In this document: one piece after another, positions 40,967 to 51,771 of the stretch | Layout: each line of letters begins with the position of its first letter | Position numbering within the stretch: the stretch's first letter is position 1 | DNA from: Spirochaetota bacterium | GTDB lineage: Bacteria; Spirochaetota; UBA4802; JAFGDQ01 | Assembly (NCBI GenBank): GCA_043803405.1 | Contig: JAZDKB010000015.1 | Location: 174,780-238,779 of the forward strand | Reading direction: 5' to 3' | DNA: 64,000 bases | Made by a program: the position numbers and the translations under genes | Notes under the pieces: model-generated | What the model was told of the DNA's origin: nothing | What the model saw: only the letters and a program-made list of their open reading frames with translations | Databases searched by the model: none

Positions 40967-43900
40967 CTAATTCATCTTCCTTATCTCTTCCAATACCTGC
41001 TCCAGTCTTTTCCCGGAGATCTTTATTCCAGACTTTATCTCGGGTGCGAAAACGGAAATCTTGTATTCTTCTATAAGCCAGAAGAATGTCCTGAGAGCTT
41101 TCTTTTTTTCATTTGAGGTTGTCTTTGTAAGGATATTGTATTCATGATCCAGAGCGTCTTTAAATAATAATATTTCCTTTTCTTTCTGGATATCCTTTTG
41201 AAGATTAGCGCATCCGCGCTCCGCTCTGATCGCCAAGGCCTTGATGTATTTTCCGAGACTAGCGAGTTCGTTATCATCATAAACAAGCAGAAAATCGCGC
41301 GGAACAAGAATGTTCAGTTCGTCTTTAATTTTATTCAGAAAAACGAGGTTCGGTTTAATGGCTTTATTTTGCAATTTTAAAATGCCAAGTTTATCTGTTG
41401 CTGTTGTATAATTCTCAAGTACATCGATCAGTAAAAGACGGAGATGGACTCCGTGTTCCCGTAAGGATTCCCGCATCATTTTAATATTATTAATAAAGTC
41501 CTGCTTTGATCTTATATCCTTATAAAAATTTTTACTCATCATCCGCTTGTGATATTGTTCCCGGATCGATGAAAGCCCTCCGAAAAGCATGACAGCACTT
41601 TTTAATTCATCCGGAACATCGAGTTCATTTTTAATTATGTTCAGCTGGCCGGATAATTCTTTTGCCGTTAGTTCCGCGACAGCTTCCTTGTGAGAACCGG
41701 CTGCTGTTTCCATGTCCATGAAAATCCGCAGGCTTAGCTTCCCGTTCTCTTTTCTCAGCCCGGGATAAAAAACAAACTGTAACCCATTTTCATTTTTTGT
41801 TTTTATTTCTTCCGGCAGATCGCCGAAATCCCATTCGCGGATATCTTCTTTTTCCCATTTGTTTTTTATTTCATTAAAGGCGCGTGCTTTATATTTTTCG
41901 GTCAGCTCCCTGATAATATTTCCAGCGTCTTTGCCGGATGTTATCTCAATGCCGTTTTTATCTCTTATGGATAGTTTTAATCTCAGATGATCCGGTAATT
42001 TCTCCGGAGGCCATTCCTGATTTGGTATCTCAATATTATATTTTTCATAAATAAATTTTTGAAGCGACGCGATCATAGGATTGCCTTTCGGCATTTCCCT
42101 AATAATCTTTTCAACTGAGTCTGCCGCCGGTATAAAATACCTCCTGTACTGCTTTGGCAGGTTCTTTATCAGTTCGGTAATTTTTTCTCTGTATAGTCCG
42201 GGGATCGCTGATTCAATTAAATTAATATTTATAGACTGTAATACTGAAACAGGGATGATAAGTGTTATGCCGTCATCCTCGCTTCCCGGATTAAACTTAT
42301 ATAACAAATCCAGCGTAATGTTATTTATGGATATCGTTTCAGGATATTCCTTTAACTTATTATAATCCGGCAAAGAAGAAAGCATGTCCTCATCATTCAT
42401 GCATAAAAAATCATCATTCCTGTTCTTTTTTATAAGCGAATCAAGAGTGCCGATATTATATGCATCATGTATGTGATCAGCATAAAACATATACAGATCA
42501 TCCCTGCTTATAAGTATCTTTTTGCGTATCCTTTTTTCAATCCGCATAAAGTTTTTTATAAGCTCTACGTTATGCTGCAGGAACTGAAACTCACGGCCAA
42601 GCTGAAAGAGTTCTGCTGTTTTTCCTGCGTATGCCGTGCCGTCAAGCCCGATCTCGGTAAACATATCCTCTATAAGCGCATCGCGTATAAAGACTTTGCA
42701 TGCTTCCTCAGGATTCTTCCTGCCGTATAGAACCCTTCTGTTTCTGATAATTTCAAGGCCGTATAACGTAACTTGTTCAGAGGCATATACATCGCCCTTT
42801 TCCCTGTCCCAGTACGGGTCTCTGTACGAATATTCGCACAGATCTCCTGCAAGCTCCTCCAGCCAGTCCGGCTTTATATTCGCTGCAGTTCTCGCGAATA
42901 AAAGCGAAGTCTTTACTAATTCCGCGCACACTATCCAGTCTTTCGCCCTGCCGAACAGTCCGGAACCCGGAAATATCACCACTTCCCTCTGCTTTGATGC
43001 AATGAACAGGTTGTTTGTTTTTTTATTTGCAATGTTTGATAAAAAACCTGTCAGTATGGATTTATGTATTGCATTGTACAGCAGGTCATACTCCTTAATA
43101 AATCTGTGCTTTTTCTTAACCGCTTTTTTCAATGTAAGACCATTCTCTTCGAGCGTACCCGAAAGCTGCGCGTGGATTTCCCGTATATCTTTCATCCTGT
43201 TGTATGATATAAAATTTTCCCTGCAGAATTTCCTTATCTTATTCTGGCTCGCATTGTCATTATACAGATCAGTAAATTTATTCCATATATTCAAAAGAGT
43301 AATAAAGTCCGAAGAACGGTCTGTAAAAGCGGCATGTTTTTTATCCGCTTCGTTTTCTTTACCTGGTGGCCTTTCCCTCGGATCCTGAACCGAAAGCATG
43401 GAAGCAATGGCAAGCACTTCTGACATGCATTTACGTTCGCCTGCTTCAATAAGCATTCTGGATAATCTCGGATCAACTGGGAGAGCTGCCATTATCCTGC
43501 CCCTGTCAGTAAGAGAAAAACTATTATCTTCCTTTCGGATAGCACCAAGTTCAATCAGGGTATTATATCCGTCAGTAATCGCCTGCTGCTTAGGTTTATC
43601 AATGAAGGGGAATAGCGATATATCGCCAAGCCGCAGTGCTGTCATTTTCAATATGACTTCCGCGAGGTTTGTCCTGAATATTTCAGGCTTTGTGAACCGG
43701 TCACGGCCTTCATAATCCTCTTTAGCATACAGCCTTATGCACACGCCCTCCCTTACCCTTCCGCATCTTCCCATTCTCTGGTCCGCGCTGCTTCCGGAAA
43801 TTGCTTTTATTGGCATGGATACGATTCCGCTGGTAGGCGAATATTCGGACATCCTTGCGAGCCCGGTATCTATAACATAACTTATATTCGGTATTGTTAG

Positions 43901-45136
43901 CGATGTCTCTGCAATGTTCGTGGATACAATTATCTTTCTTTTTGATATGGGGCTGAATATCTGTTTCTGCTGGCCGGCAGGCAGTCTTGAATAAAGAGGA
44001 AAAACCGCGAAATTATATTTATTCTTTTTTTGAAGCAGATCACATGTCTCGCGTATGTCCAGCTCCGTCGGCATAAATATGAGTATATCTCCGCCCGACG
44101 GGCATGGATGCCCTAGTGCAGGATGCGGACAGGATGTCCTCTTGTATCCTGCAGACGGGCAGGATGCCCTAGTGTCGAGTACGGTCACGGATGACTGTTT
44201 GTGTTCGACCGACGGGCAGGATGCCCTAGTGTCGGGCACGGTCACGGATGACCGTTTGTGCTCGAAAGACATATCTTCTCTTAATAAAGATAATGCCACG
44301 TCGGCTGCCTGTTCAATATAATCTGCCGGAATATTTTCTGCATCTTCAGCAGCATCGGTATACCGGACTTCAACTGGATACATTTTTCCAGATACTTCAA
44401 TAACAGGAGCATTGTTGAACGCCTTTGAGAACTTGTCCGTATCAATTGTCGCGGATGTTACAATGAGTTTAAGGTCCCTCCGCCTGGCAAGGAGCCTTTT
44501 CAATATTCCCAGTATAAAATCAATATTGATGCTTCTCTCATGCGCCTCGTCTACGATGATGGTATCATAAGCATTCAGGTACGGATCGCCTGCTGTCTCT
44601 GCGAGAAGGATGCCGTCGGTCATTATCTTAATGAATGAATTCTCCCCGGTCTTTTCATCAAAGCGAATTTTGTATCCGACTGAACTTCCGACTTCCTCTC
44701 CGAGTTCTTCCGCGATCCTGTTCGCAATGCTTATCGCGGCTATTCTTCTCGGCTGGGTGCAGCCTATAATGCCGTTTATGCCTCTTCCTGCAGCAAGACA
44801 GAACTTGGGCAGCTGCGTCGTCTTGCCAGATCCGGTCTCGCCGGATATAATTACAATATTATTAGTCCTGATAGCTTCTATTATTTCATCTTTTTTCGCG
44901 GTTATAGGAAGTTCCGGAATATAAGAGAATGCCGGGATGTTTTTTTTACGCCATTCTTTTTTCTGAATAGAAAAACTTATCTTTCTCTTGAGCCTAAGGA
45001 GCTTATTTTTATCTTCAGTTCCGGATTTATTTTTTCTGCTTTTATGAAGCAGACGCTTTAATTCTTTTCTAAAGCCGTACCTGTCCGGGCTCATCACTTG
45101 CGGAAGCAGCAATTCAAGTTGTTTATATGGATCCAT
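40967..45136 (-). CDS. hrpA: ATP-dependent RNA helicase HrpA, carrying a 57-aa repeat-derived insertion
   Basis: GETGSGKTTQ, TQPRR, DEAHER, SAT, TNIAETSLT and QRMGRCGR; long HrpA C-terminus. Confidence 0.93.
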   Translation of the reverse strand: MDPYKQLELLLPQVMSPDRYGFRKELKRLLHKSRKNKSGTEDKNKLLRLKRKISFSIQKKEWRKKNIPAFSYIPELPITAKKDEIIEAIRTNNIVIISGETGSGKTTQLPKFCLAAGRGINGIIGCTQPRRIAAISIANRIAEELGEEVGSSVGYKIRFDEKTGENSFIKIMTDGILLAETAGDPYLNAYDTIIVDEAHERSINIDFILGILKRLLARRRDLKLIVTSATIDTDKFSKAFNNAPVIEVSGKMYPVEVRYTDAAEDAENIPADYIEQAADVALSLLREDMSFEHKRSSVTVPDTRASCPSVEHKQSSVTVLDTRASCPSAGYKRTSCPHPALGHPCPSGGDILIFMPTELDIRETCDLLQKKNKYNFAVFPLYSRLPAGQQKQIFSPISKRKIIVSTNIAETSLTIPNISYVIDTGLARMSEYSPTSGIVSMPIKAISGSSADQRMGRCGRVREGVCIRLYAKEDYEGRDRFTKPEIFRTNLAEVILKMTALRLGDISLFPFIDKPKQQAITDGYNTLIELGAIRKEDNSFSLTDRGRIMAALPVDPRLSRMLIEAGERKCMSEVLAIASMLSVQDPRERPPGKENEADKKHAAFTDRSSDFITLLNIWNKFTDLYNDNASQNKIRKFCRENFISYNRMKDIREIHAQLSGTLEENGLTLKKAVKKKHRFIKEYDLLYNAIHKSILTGFLSNIANKKTNNLFIASKQREVVIFPGSGLFGRAKDWIVCAELVKTSLLFARTAANIKPDWLEELAGDLCEYSYRDPYWDREKGDVYASEQVTLYGLEIIRNRRVLYGRKNPEEACKVFIRDALIEDMFTEIGLDGTAYAGKTAELFQLGREFQFLQHNVELIKNFMRIEKRIRKKILISRDDLYMFYADHIHDAYNIGTLDSLIKKNRNDDFLCMNDEDMLSSLPDYNKLKEYPETISINNITLDLLYKFNPGSEDDGITLIIPVSVLQSININLIESAIPGLYREKITELIKNLPKQYRRYFIPAADSVEKIIREMPKGNPMIASLQKFIYEKYNIEIPNQEWPPEKLPDHLRLKLSIRDKNGIEITSGKDAGNIIRELTEKYKARAFNEIKNKWEKEDIREWDFGDLPEEIKTKNENGLQFVFYPGLRKENGKLSLRIFMDMETAAGSHKEAVAELTAKELSGQLNIIKNELDVPDELKSAVMLFGGLSSIREQYHKRMMSKNFYKDIRSKQDFINNIKMMRESLREHGVHLRLLLIDVLENYTTATDKLGILKLQNKAIKPNLVFLNKIKDELNILVPRDFLLVYDDNELASLGKYIKALAIRAERGCANLQKDIQKEKEILLFKDALDHEYNILTKTTSNEKKKALRTFFWLIEEYKISVFAPEIKSGIKISGKRLEQVLEEIRKMN
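44097..44267 (+). repeat. three tandem 57-bp GGA-hairpin modules inside hrpA
   Basis: Units 44097-44153, 44154-44210 and 44211-44267, each GAC-hairpin-TAGT-bulged hairpin; homologous to modules at 53.7-59.0 kb. Confidence 0.92.
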
Positions 45137-45230
45137 GATTATATCTGTAAAAATGATTTATATTAAGAAGCTATTTCACTAGATAATTCCAGAATGAGCT
45201 AATATGGATATTATCTATTGAGCAGGCGTC

Positions 45231-45641
45231 TCATCTTCCGGGTACTGAACATTTCCATATCGGGGGCAGGTACCCGCTTTCCTCCCACATTTTTGCCGCC
45301 TCCTCAATGAATATCCCTTCCGGTTTGCAATGCTCATTGTCCAGCTCTCTCGGACGCAGCATGCGGCAGCCATAAGGCCTGTCCTCCCACTTCAGTTCGC
45401 AGCCGTTTTCCTTTAAAAAGATGCAGCCCACTCTGCGTACAGGATCTTTGTAATGCGGACGCACTACCCGCGCCTTTATGTGCTCATCCAGCAGCAGTAT
45501 AATAGCATACCTTCCGCTTTCCACGGCAGCCCTTACAGCCTGGGCAGATCCGAATTGTGTCGGCAAACAGTGACCGGACTGCCGCCGACAGCACTCGCCC
45601 ATACAGTGCGTGCACATTTCGGTTTCTCTATATCCTTCCAT
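45231..45641 (-). CDS. YkgJ-like Cys-rich (Zn/Fe-S) protein
   Basis: CTHCMGECCR...CIFL..GC.L..EDRP.GC; GGAGG RBS before ATG 45641. Confidence 0.7.
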   Translation of the reverse strand: MEGYRETEMCTHCMGECCRRQSGHCLPTQFGSAQAVRAAVESGRYAIILLLDEHIKARVVRPHYKDPVRRVGCIFLKENGCELKWEDRPYGCRMLRPRELDNEHCKPEGIFIEEAAKMWEESGYLPPIWKCSVPGR

Positions 45642-46103
45642 GCCTCCCCCTTCGTAAACAGCTCCTGTTTCATAACCAGGGCGACAAAATATTCTGCTAA
45701 AACTAATATTATTGGCCATCTTAAAAATACTAAAAAATGAATGCGATATTAAAAATTTTATTTATTTTATCAAATTTTTAAAGTTCCGGTAATTTTTAAG
45801 ATGATAAAACATAGTGATTTTTTATTTTTATTCTGTAATCTGCATTTAGTGAATGATTCGTAATCCGCTAAAACAGGCACTTGTTTTTTATAGTAAACTG
45901 TTTAACCTATTCTAATAAGCAACATATTTTTGTTAAATCAATATTACTTAAATTAATATTAAATTTTTTCTTTTTCTGAGAAATCCAAAAAGTTTAATTG
46001 ACTTTTAAAAAGCTCATGTTGAAATTCGACCAATTTAATCAAGTCATTAATACTGGGTTAACAGGCGTTATTTATATATTTTCGACATCAGGAGTTAGAT
46101 TTT

Positions 46104-46670
46104 ATGTCAGCAATTTCCGAATTCCGCAAAGGTATGGCTATCCGTTACAATAATGATATCTGGGTCATTACCGAATTTCAGCACGTTACGCCGGGCAACT
46201 GGCGCGCTATGGTGCGAACCAAGCTGAAAAATGCAAAGACCGGGCGAGTGCTTGAAAATACTTTCAGAATGACGGATCAGATTGAAGAGGTTCGCCTCGA
46301 AGAAAAGGAAATGCAGTATATCTATAAATCCGATGACGATCTATACTTTATGGACAATGATACGTTTGACCAGATCTTTATACCCGCGGACCTTTTAGGA
46401 GATCAGCAGCGGTTCTTAAAGGAAGGCGGCCTTGTCAAAATCATGTTCCTGGAAGGAAATGCCATATCGGCAGAACTTCCTGTGTCTATTGAGCTCCTTG
46501 TAGCAGAGGCCGATCCATCGATCAAAGGCGCCTCTGTACAGAATATTATGAAAAATGCCATTCTCGAGACACGTGCCAAGGTACAGGTACCGTCGTTTGT
46601 AAATGCAGGTGATGTTCTCAAGATCGATACCAGGACAGGCAAATATATGGAACGAATTTCCCGCAAATAA
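46104..46670 (+). CDS. efp: elongation factor P (atypical loop TPGNWR)
   Basis: EF-P sequence throughout (VRTKLKN..TG, FMD..TFDQ, QVPSFV..GD..KIDTRTG.Y..R); AGGAG RBS. Confidence 0.93.
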   Translation: MSAISEFRKGMAIRYNNDIWVITEFQHVTPGNWRAMVRTKLKNAKTGRVLENTFRMTDQIEEVRLEEKEMQYIYKSDDDLYFMDNDTFDQIFIPADLLGDQQRFLKEGGLVKIMFLEGNAISAELPVSIELLVAEADPSIKGASVQNIMKNAILETRAKVQVPSFVNAGDVLKIDTRTGKYMERISRK

Positions 46671-46936
46671 ACTATATATATTTAAAAATATAAGGCTGAT
46701 TTTCTTTATTCAGAAAAAGCAATTCATTTCTATTTGAATAATAAAATTTCTAAATCTCTTTTAATTCAATAATATATTATATAAGCTTAGTGATATCTTA
46801 TCTTAATAGAATTATTTTCCCCAGATAAAATAAAAAATAGAAAATTATATTGACCTTTGCTAAAAACCGGTTATCGTAGCTGCCATTGTTCCAATATCCT
46901 TTTAATCATATTGAAATTCAATAAGAGACAGGTATT

Positions 46937-47275
46937 ATGGATAAAACTCTTTCAATACAAAGCGGCCTTGGTAAAAGGCTGAACCAGGTAAAAAAGTTCG
47001 AAGAAAGAACGATTATGTTTAAAGGAAAAGAGATACCGCTGGTCAGCAAAATCACGATAGGCAGGGATCCGGATAATAACATAGTACTTAAAGACAAAAT
47101 GGTTTCACGGTATCATGCCGAGATTCAAAAGATAAAACAGGAGATTTTCGTAAGAGACCTGAACAGTTCCAACGGAACTTATGTAAATGACTTCGAAATC
47201 CCGCAGAATAAATACGCAAGGCTTCAGGGAAAAGACAGGATAAGGGTCGGCAAAACAGAATTGATTATAAGATGA
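46937..47275 (+). CDS. FHA-domain protein
   Basis: TIGR....D..VSR.HA...DLNSSNGTYVN. Confidence 0.9.
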   Translation: MDKTLSIQSGLGKRLNQVKKFEERTIMFKGKEIPLVSKITIGRDPDNNIVLKDKMVSRYHAEIQKIKQEIFVRDLNSSNGTYVNDFEIPQNKYARLQGKDRIRVGKTELIIR

Positions 47276-47403
47276 TAAAGGCAACGATGCTTTCCGCTTC
47301 ATTTCCTGGCAATTACCATATGGCTTAAAAGACTTTTATACCTGCATTCGGCACGGTACTGAATAATCCTTTCATACAGTTCAGTCAGTATTTTACTGCC
47401 ACA

Positions 47404-48726
47404 TTAAAACTTATGAGTAAACATAAAAATGGGAATTGCCATTGAAAGCACAGGCGCAGCATAATAGAGTCCGCGGTTATCACCGAAATATTCTGTAAAA
47501 TGATATTTCTTTGTAATGATTATCGCAGCAGGCACGCCGATGCATAAGCCTGCCACAATGCCCATCATTAATGACGCTGCTCCCTTTGCAAATCCGCTGG
47601 ATTTATCCAGGTTCATAAATAATTCATAGGCGATAAATGTAGTAATGCCAAAGAACAAAGCGCTTGTTGTTAAGTAAGTATTGAATTTTACCATGGGATT
47701 CGAATCGGGATTGTTCTTATATCTATGCTCATAACAATAGATAGATAACGAAATGTACATAAGGGACAGTGCGCCTGCAGTTACACATTCAAACATATTC
47801 TGTCTGAACTGCGATTTCTGTGCTACTTTTACTTCACTGTAAGCTTTATCCTGAACATTATCGCTTTTTTCTTTTAAGAATGATTCAACATCGTCGTTCC
47901 TGTTTAAAGCCGCGTAATATATTGCCGTCTTTTTATCGTTTGATAATAATTCGGCATCCGCGCCATGCTCAGCACCAAGCTTAACCAGTTTAAGGATTTC
48001 TTCTTTTGCTTCTGATGTATAATGATGTCCGCGGGAATGAACATTAGAAAGAATATGCAGCTGCGTAAAGCCGTCGCCCGGCCTTTGAATGTTCGCATCT
48101 GCCCCGTTATCCAGGAGGATACGGATTACATCTACTGAATCCTTAAACATGGCTTTCAATATTTTATAATACTTATCGTTTTCGCATTCGGATTTATAAA
48201 TATCGCGTATGCGCATCATTTCATCCATGCTGTGTACTGCCCTTTCCGTTGCAACATGCAGAGCTGTTCCAGCTTTCAGCTTATATTGGTCACCGCTGCT
48301 TACAGCATTTACTTTTGCACCCTGCTTTATAAGGAGTTCAGCAATGCGCGGCCGATGCCAGTACGCAGCAGCATGCAGCGGAGTCTGATTATCGTTTCCG
48401 TAAATATTTATCTTTGCGCCATGATCAATTAAAAGCTTTACCAGCTTTTCATTGCCGGAATATATTGCACCGAAAACAGGTGTACTGTCTTTTTCAAATA
48501 CTCCTGTATTTCTTTCGTTCACAGAAGCGCCCGATTTAAGCAGCCTGTTTGTCTCTTCAATATCCCCGCGTATGCATGCCTGGTAGAGCTGTGTTTCATC
48601 GTTATGTATCTGGGCAATGGAGTTATTTGGGAATAGCATGCAAACAAAAATAAATAAAGTATAACATACTGAGGCTATTATAATTCGTTTTGATTTCAGA
48701 AAAGATTTATTTGTATTCATGATCAA
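47404..48726 (-). CDS. exported ankyrin-repeat protein with C-terminal membrane domain
   Basis: Signal peptide, TPLHAAA/GA.VN repeats and a hydrophobic C-terminus. Confidence 0.85.
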   Translation of the reverse strand: MIMNTNKSFLKSKRIIIASVCYTLFIFVCMLFPNNSIAQIHNDETQLYQACIRGDIEETNRLLKSGASVNERNTGVFEKDSTPVFGAIYSGNEKLVKLLIDHGAKINIYGNDNQTPLHAAAYWHRPRIAELLIKQGAKVNAVSSGDQYKLKAGTALHVATERAVHSMDEMMRIRDIYKSECENDKYYKILKAMFKDSVDVIRILLDNGADANIQRPGDGFTQLHILSNVHSRGHHYTSEAKEEILKLVKLGAEHGADAELLSNDKKTAIYYAALNRNDDVESFLKEKSDNVQDKAYSEVKVAQKSQFRQNMFECVTAGALSLMYISLSIYCYEHRYKNNPDSNPMVKFNTYLTTSALFFGITTFIAYELFMNLDKSSGFAKGAASLMMGIVAGLCIGVPAAIIITKKYHFTEYFGDNRGLYYAAPVLSMAIPIFMFTHKF

Positions 48727-48906
48727 CAGTACCTTTTCACGATGTTTATTTTAATTTAAAATAAGCATTATTTAATTAGTTCTTGATGAATAATTCAGTT
48801 TAACACAGCAAAAGCATGGTTTTTCTCCCGCCTGCGGCGGGGGAAAGGGCATTGTTCACCAAAAAACTAATTAAATTTTCTACTTTAAATAATTCATTAT
48901 TAAGAA

Positions 48907-50166
48907 TCAAAAATGATATATTATTAATGGAATTAAAATTGAAGCAACAGGAGCAGAATAATAAAGCCCGCGGTTGTTCTTAAATGATTCACGATTATGA
49001 AAACCAATAATCCCACCTGCTACTCCGCCTGCAATACCACCGATAAGCATATACAGCTTACCTGTGTAGATACGGCCTATTGCAACACTAAAACCTCCTT
49101 CAACACCTGTAAAAGTATTAATTGCTACAGAAGCGCCGATAAGAGCACCTCCAAGAAATCCAATCGCGCCGCCTGTTACAACAGAATTAAAATTTCCCAT
49201 GGGATTATCGGCAGGATTGTCTTTATACCTGCTCTCTCTGAAATAAATCGTTAACCCTGTATAAATAAAAGGAATTGCAAGCAGTAAAGCATGCTCCCTT
49301 GTTGTTTTTAAACGCTCTCCAGTCCTGGCTGAATTGCTTTTACTCTTATACATTGCGATCTGATTGTTATCTTCAGAAGTAAGATTCATTCCATATTTTT
49401 TTATGCAATCAATAACTTCCTCATCTGACTCGTATTTAATGGCATATTGAAGCGGATTTATCCCTTTATCATTATTTATATGAACATCGGCTTTATTCTG
49501 AAGCAATAATTTAATTGCTTCAATATTTTCATAACGTACTGCTTCGTGCAGAGGAGTATATTTGTATTTAGTAGTATAATTGACCCTGGCCCCATTCTGG
49601 ATAAGCAATTTTGCCAGTTCCAGTTTTTCTTTTGAAAGCTTACCCTTATTGAAAATTATATACAGAGGGGTTTCATCCGAGTTATTTGCAGTATCAAAAG
49701 GAGCGCCTTTTTCTATTAAATATTTCGCAATTTCAAGATTGGAGTTCTTAAAAAAGTCTTTGTCAGAAAGGCTGTGAAGAAGAGTATCTCCAAATTTGTT
49801 TTTTATTTTAATATTTGCTCCATGATTATAAAGAAAATCCGTTATTTCATAACTGCTCTGCCCGTTATAAAGATGAATTGCATCATAAAGAGCTGTTTTG
49901 CCATAATAGTCGCGAAGATTTGGATCAGCTCCCTTTGATATAAGATATTTTACAACATGAAATTTGCCAAAAAGAACAGCAGTCTCAAGTAATGTACTTT
50001 CATTATAATTTTTAATATTTACATTCGTTCCTGATTCTATTAAATATTTTATCCTTTCAAGATTGCCATAGGCTGCTTCTTCAAAAATATTTCTTTCTTC
50101 TGCAATAAGACCTGTATTAAACACTATTATAATAACTGTTAAAATTAGATTGTTTTTTAATTTCAA
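48907..50166 (-). CDS. exported ankyrin-repeat protein with C-terminal membrane domain (paralog of 47404-48726)
   Basis: TTG start, ankyrin repeats and shared C-terminal motifs RYKxNPxxNPM and NRGLYYxAP. Confidence 0.85.
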   Translation of the reverse strand: MKLKNNLILTVIIIVFNTGLIAEERNIFEEAAYGNLERIKYLIESGTNVNIKNYNESTLLETAVLFGKFHVVKYLISKGADPNLRDYYGKTALYDAIHLYNGQSSYEITDFLYNHGANIKIKNKFGDTLLHSLSDKDFFKNSNLEIAKYLIEKGAPFDTANNSDETPLYIIFNKGKLSKEKLELAKLLIQNGARVNYTTKYKYTPLHEAVRYENIEAIKLLLQNKADVHINNDKGINPLQYAIKYESDEEVIDCIKKYGMNLTSEDNNQIAMYKSKSNSARTGERLKTTREHALLLAIPFIYTGLTIYFRESRYKDNPADNPMGNFNSVVTGGAIGFLGGALIGASVAINTFTGVEGGFSVAIGRIYTGKLYMLIGGIAGGVAGGIIGFHNRESFKNNRGLYYSAPVASILIPLIIYHF

Positions 50167-50271
50167 TTGTGACCTTTCCTGTTAATGGTTTAAATAATTT
50201 ATGAGCTATGTTTCTTTATAAATTTGAAATGTCTGCCTGCAATCAAATTATCAAGCTGCCGTAAAGTTATT

Positions 50272-50847
50272 TCAGCCTTTTATCTTCTTTAACAAAAAGG
50301 CCATATTTTCTCCCAGTGTTTTCATGTTAAGCATGCCTTCTTCATCTTTATTTACATCCCCTATCTCTTTTCCATAAACCATGTTCCAGTAACTGGCTCC
50401 TACTAAGAACATCTGCATGTAGTGAAGAAAGTGATTCATTGTATCAAAGGCATGGGTGGCTCCGCCTCTTCTTACTGCGACAACTGAACCTCCTACTTTA
50501 TGCTTAAAAATGCCTCCGTTTTTTGCTGAGACCATTCCTGCACGGTCTATCAATGCTTTCATCTCTGCCGTGACATCTGTAAAGTATGTGGGAGATCCTA
50601 AAATTATTCCGTCTGCTTCGACCATTTTATCAATACAATCATTAATACCGTCGTCATCTAAAACACAGTGCTTGTCCAGATTTTTCGCGCATGCCATGCA
50701 GGCTGTGCATCCCCTGACCGGCTTTGCTGCTATATTAATTATCTCGGTTTTAATGTTCTCTTTTTCCAGTTCACGGAAGACTGCTTTTATCAGCAATGAG
50801 GTATTGCCTTCTTTATGTGGACTGCCATTAATTCCTATAACTTTCAT
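50272..50847 (-). CDS. iron-sulfur flavoprotein / NADPH-dependent FMN reductase family
   Basis: GSPHKEGNT, CTACMAC.....C, GSPTYF and RRGG. Confidence 0.9.
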   Translation of the reverse strand: MKVIGINGSPHKEGNTSLLIKAVFRELEKENIKTEIINIAAKPVRGCTACMACAKNLDKHCVLDDDGINDCIDKMVEADGIILGSPTYFTDVTAEMKALIDRAGMVSAKNGGIFKHKVGGSVVAVRRGGATHAFDTMNHFLHYMQMFLVGASYWNMVYGKEIGDVNKDEEGMLNMKTLGENMAFLLKKIKG

Positions 50848-51258
50848 TTTATTTCTCCTTAAGTTATTAAGATTTTACAAAAAAGCCGGATGGATTACGA
50901 GCGCTGGTACTGACATTCTAAATCTAATCTCCTCTCTGCTTCTCAAACTTCCATTACTCAATCAGTGTGAACCAAAATCCTTACTTATTTTGTTACGTAG
51001 CGTAATAATATTAATGATAGTTTATAAAGATTCATTATATTTGTCTTCCTAAATGAAGAGATGTCTGCAAATAGGAATGCCTGCTGAACTGTAGGTACTG
51101 GCAGCGATATTTAAATTATTATCGGCTTCGATCTACACACGATTCTCTTCAACAAAACCGACATTAGAAATATAGTTATGCAATGCTTGTCAGAAAAACT
51201 CGATATATGGTTTTTACATAATTACTTTTAAACAGATATCTAATAAAATATTATTAAT

Positions 51259-51771
51259 TTAATCATCAACATCATGAAATAAATACCATTCATCTTCAAT
51301 GTGTCTAAGTGCACTATATGTTAAAAACTTACCTGATTTTCTCTTAGCTTTATAATATACATCTAAATTCTCTACAATAGCAAAATCCTTGGAAATTAGA
51401 GACTTATTTTTATAATAGGCGTATCCTTTTTCTTGACCACTTACACTAATACCTTGTGTATTATAAGTGAAATCAATATTATCTTTTTGAGATGAGCGGT
51501 AGAAACTTTTTATCCCTATTTTTTTTAAAATTATACGATATTCAATTAGTCTTTCTTTTTTAAGAATATAATCATCCGGGTCAATGAAATCTAATGCAAG
51601 TCTTCTAAGTTGTGTTTCTTGTTTTATCATTTTTACAAGCTTCTCAAAGTCGCTTTTATTTACTCTAAAATGATCAATCATAGAATTATCATCTGGAGTT
51701 TTTGAGCAGCTAAATAAAATCAAAATTAGCGGAATAAATAATAATAATTTTCTCAATATATTTAGCATCAT
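51259..51771 (-). CDS. hypothetical lipoprotein
   Basis: Lipobox LFSC; AT-rich ORF. Confidence 0.6.
   Translation of the reverse strand: MMLNILRKLLLFIPLILILFSCSKTPDDNSMIDHFRVNKSDFEKLVKMIKQETQLRRLALDFIDPDDYILKKERLIEYRIILKKIGIKSFYRSSQKDNIDFTYNTQGISVSGQEKGYAYYKNKSLISKDFAIVENLDVYYKAKRKSGKFLTYSALRHIEDEWYLFHDVDD

Noticed and set aside
42636..43388. 250-aa plus-strand ORF
   Set aside because: Antisense to hrpA, with Ser/Phe-rich shadow composition.
50456..51240. 198-aa plus-strand ORF and possible gene relic in the 50850-51250 gap
   Set aside because: The ORF is mostly antisense to the flavoprotein gene; the gap translates with stops and shows no recognisable family.
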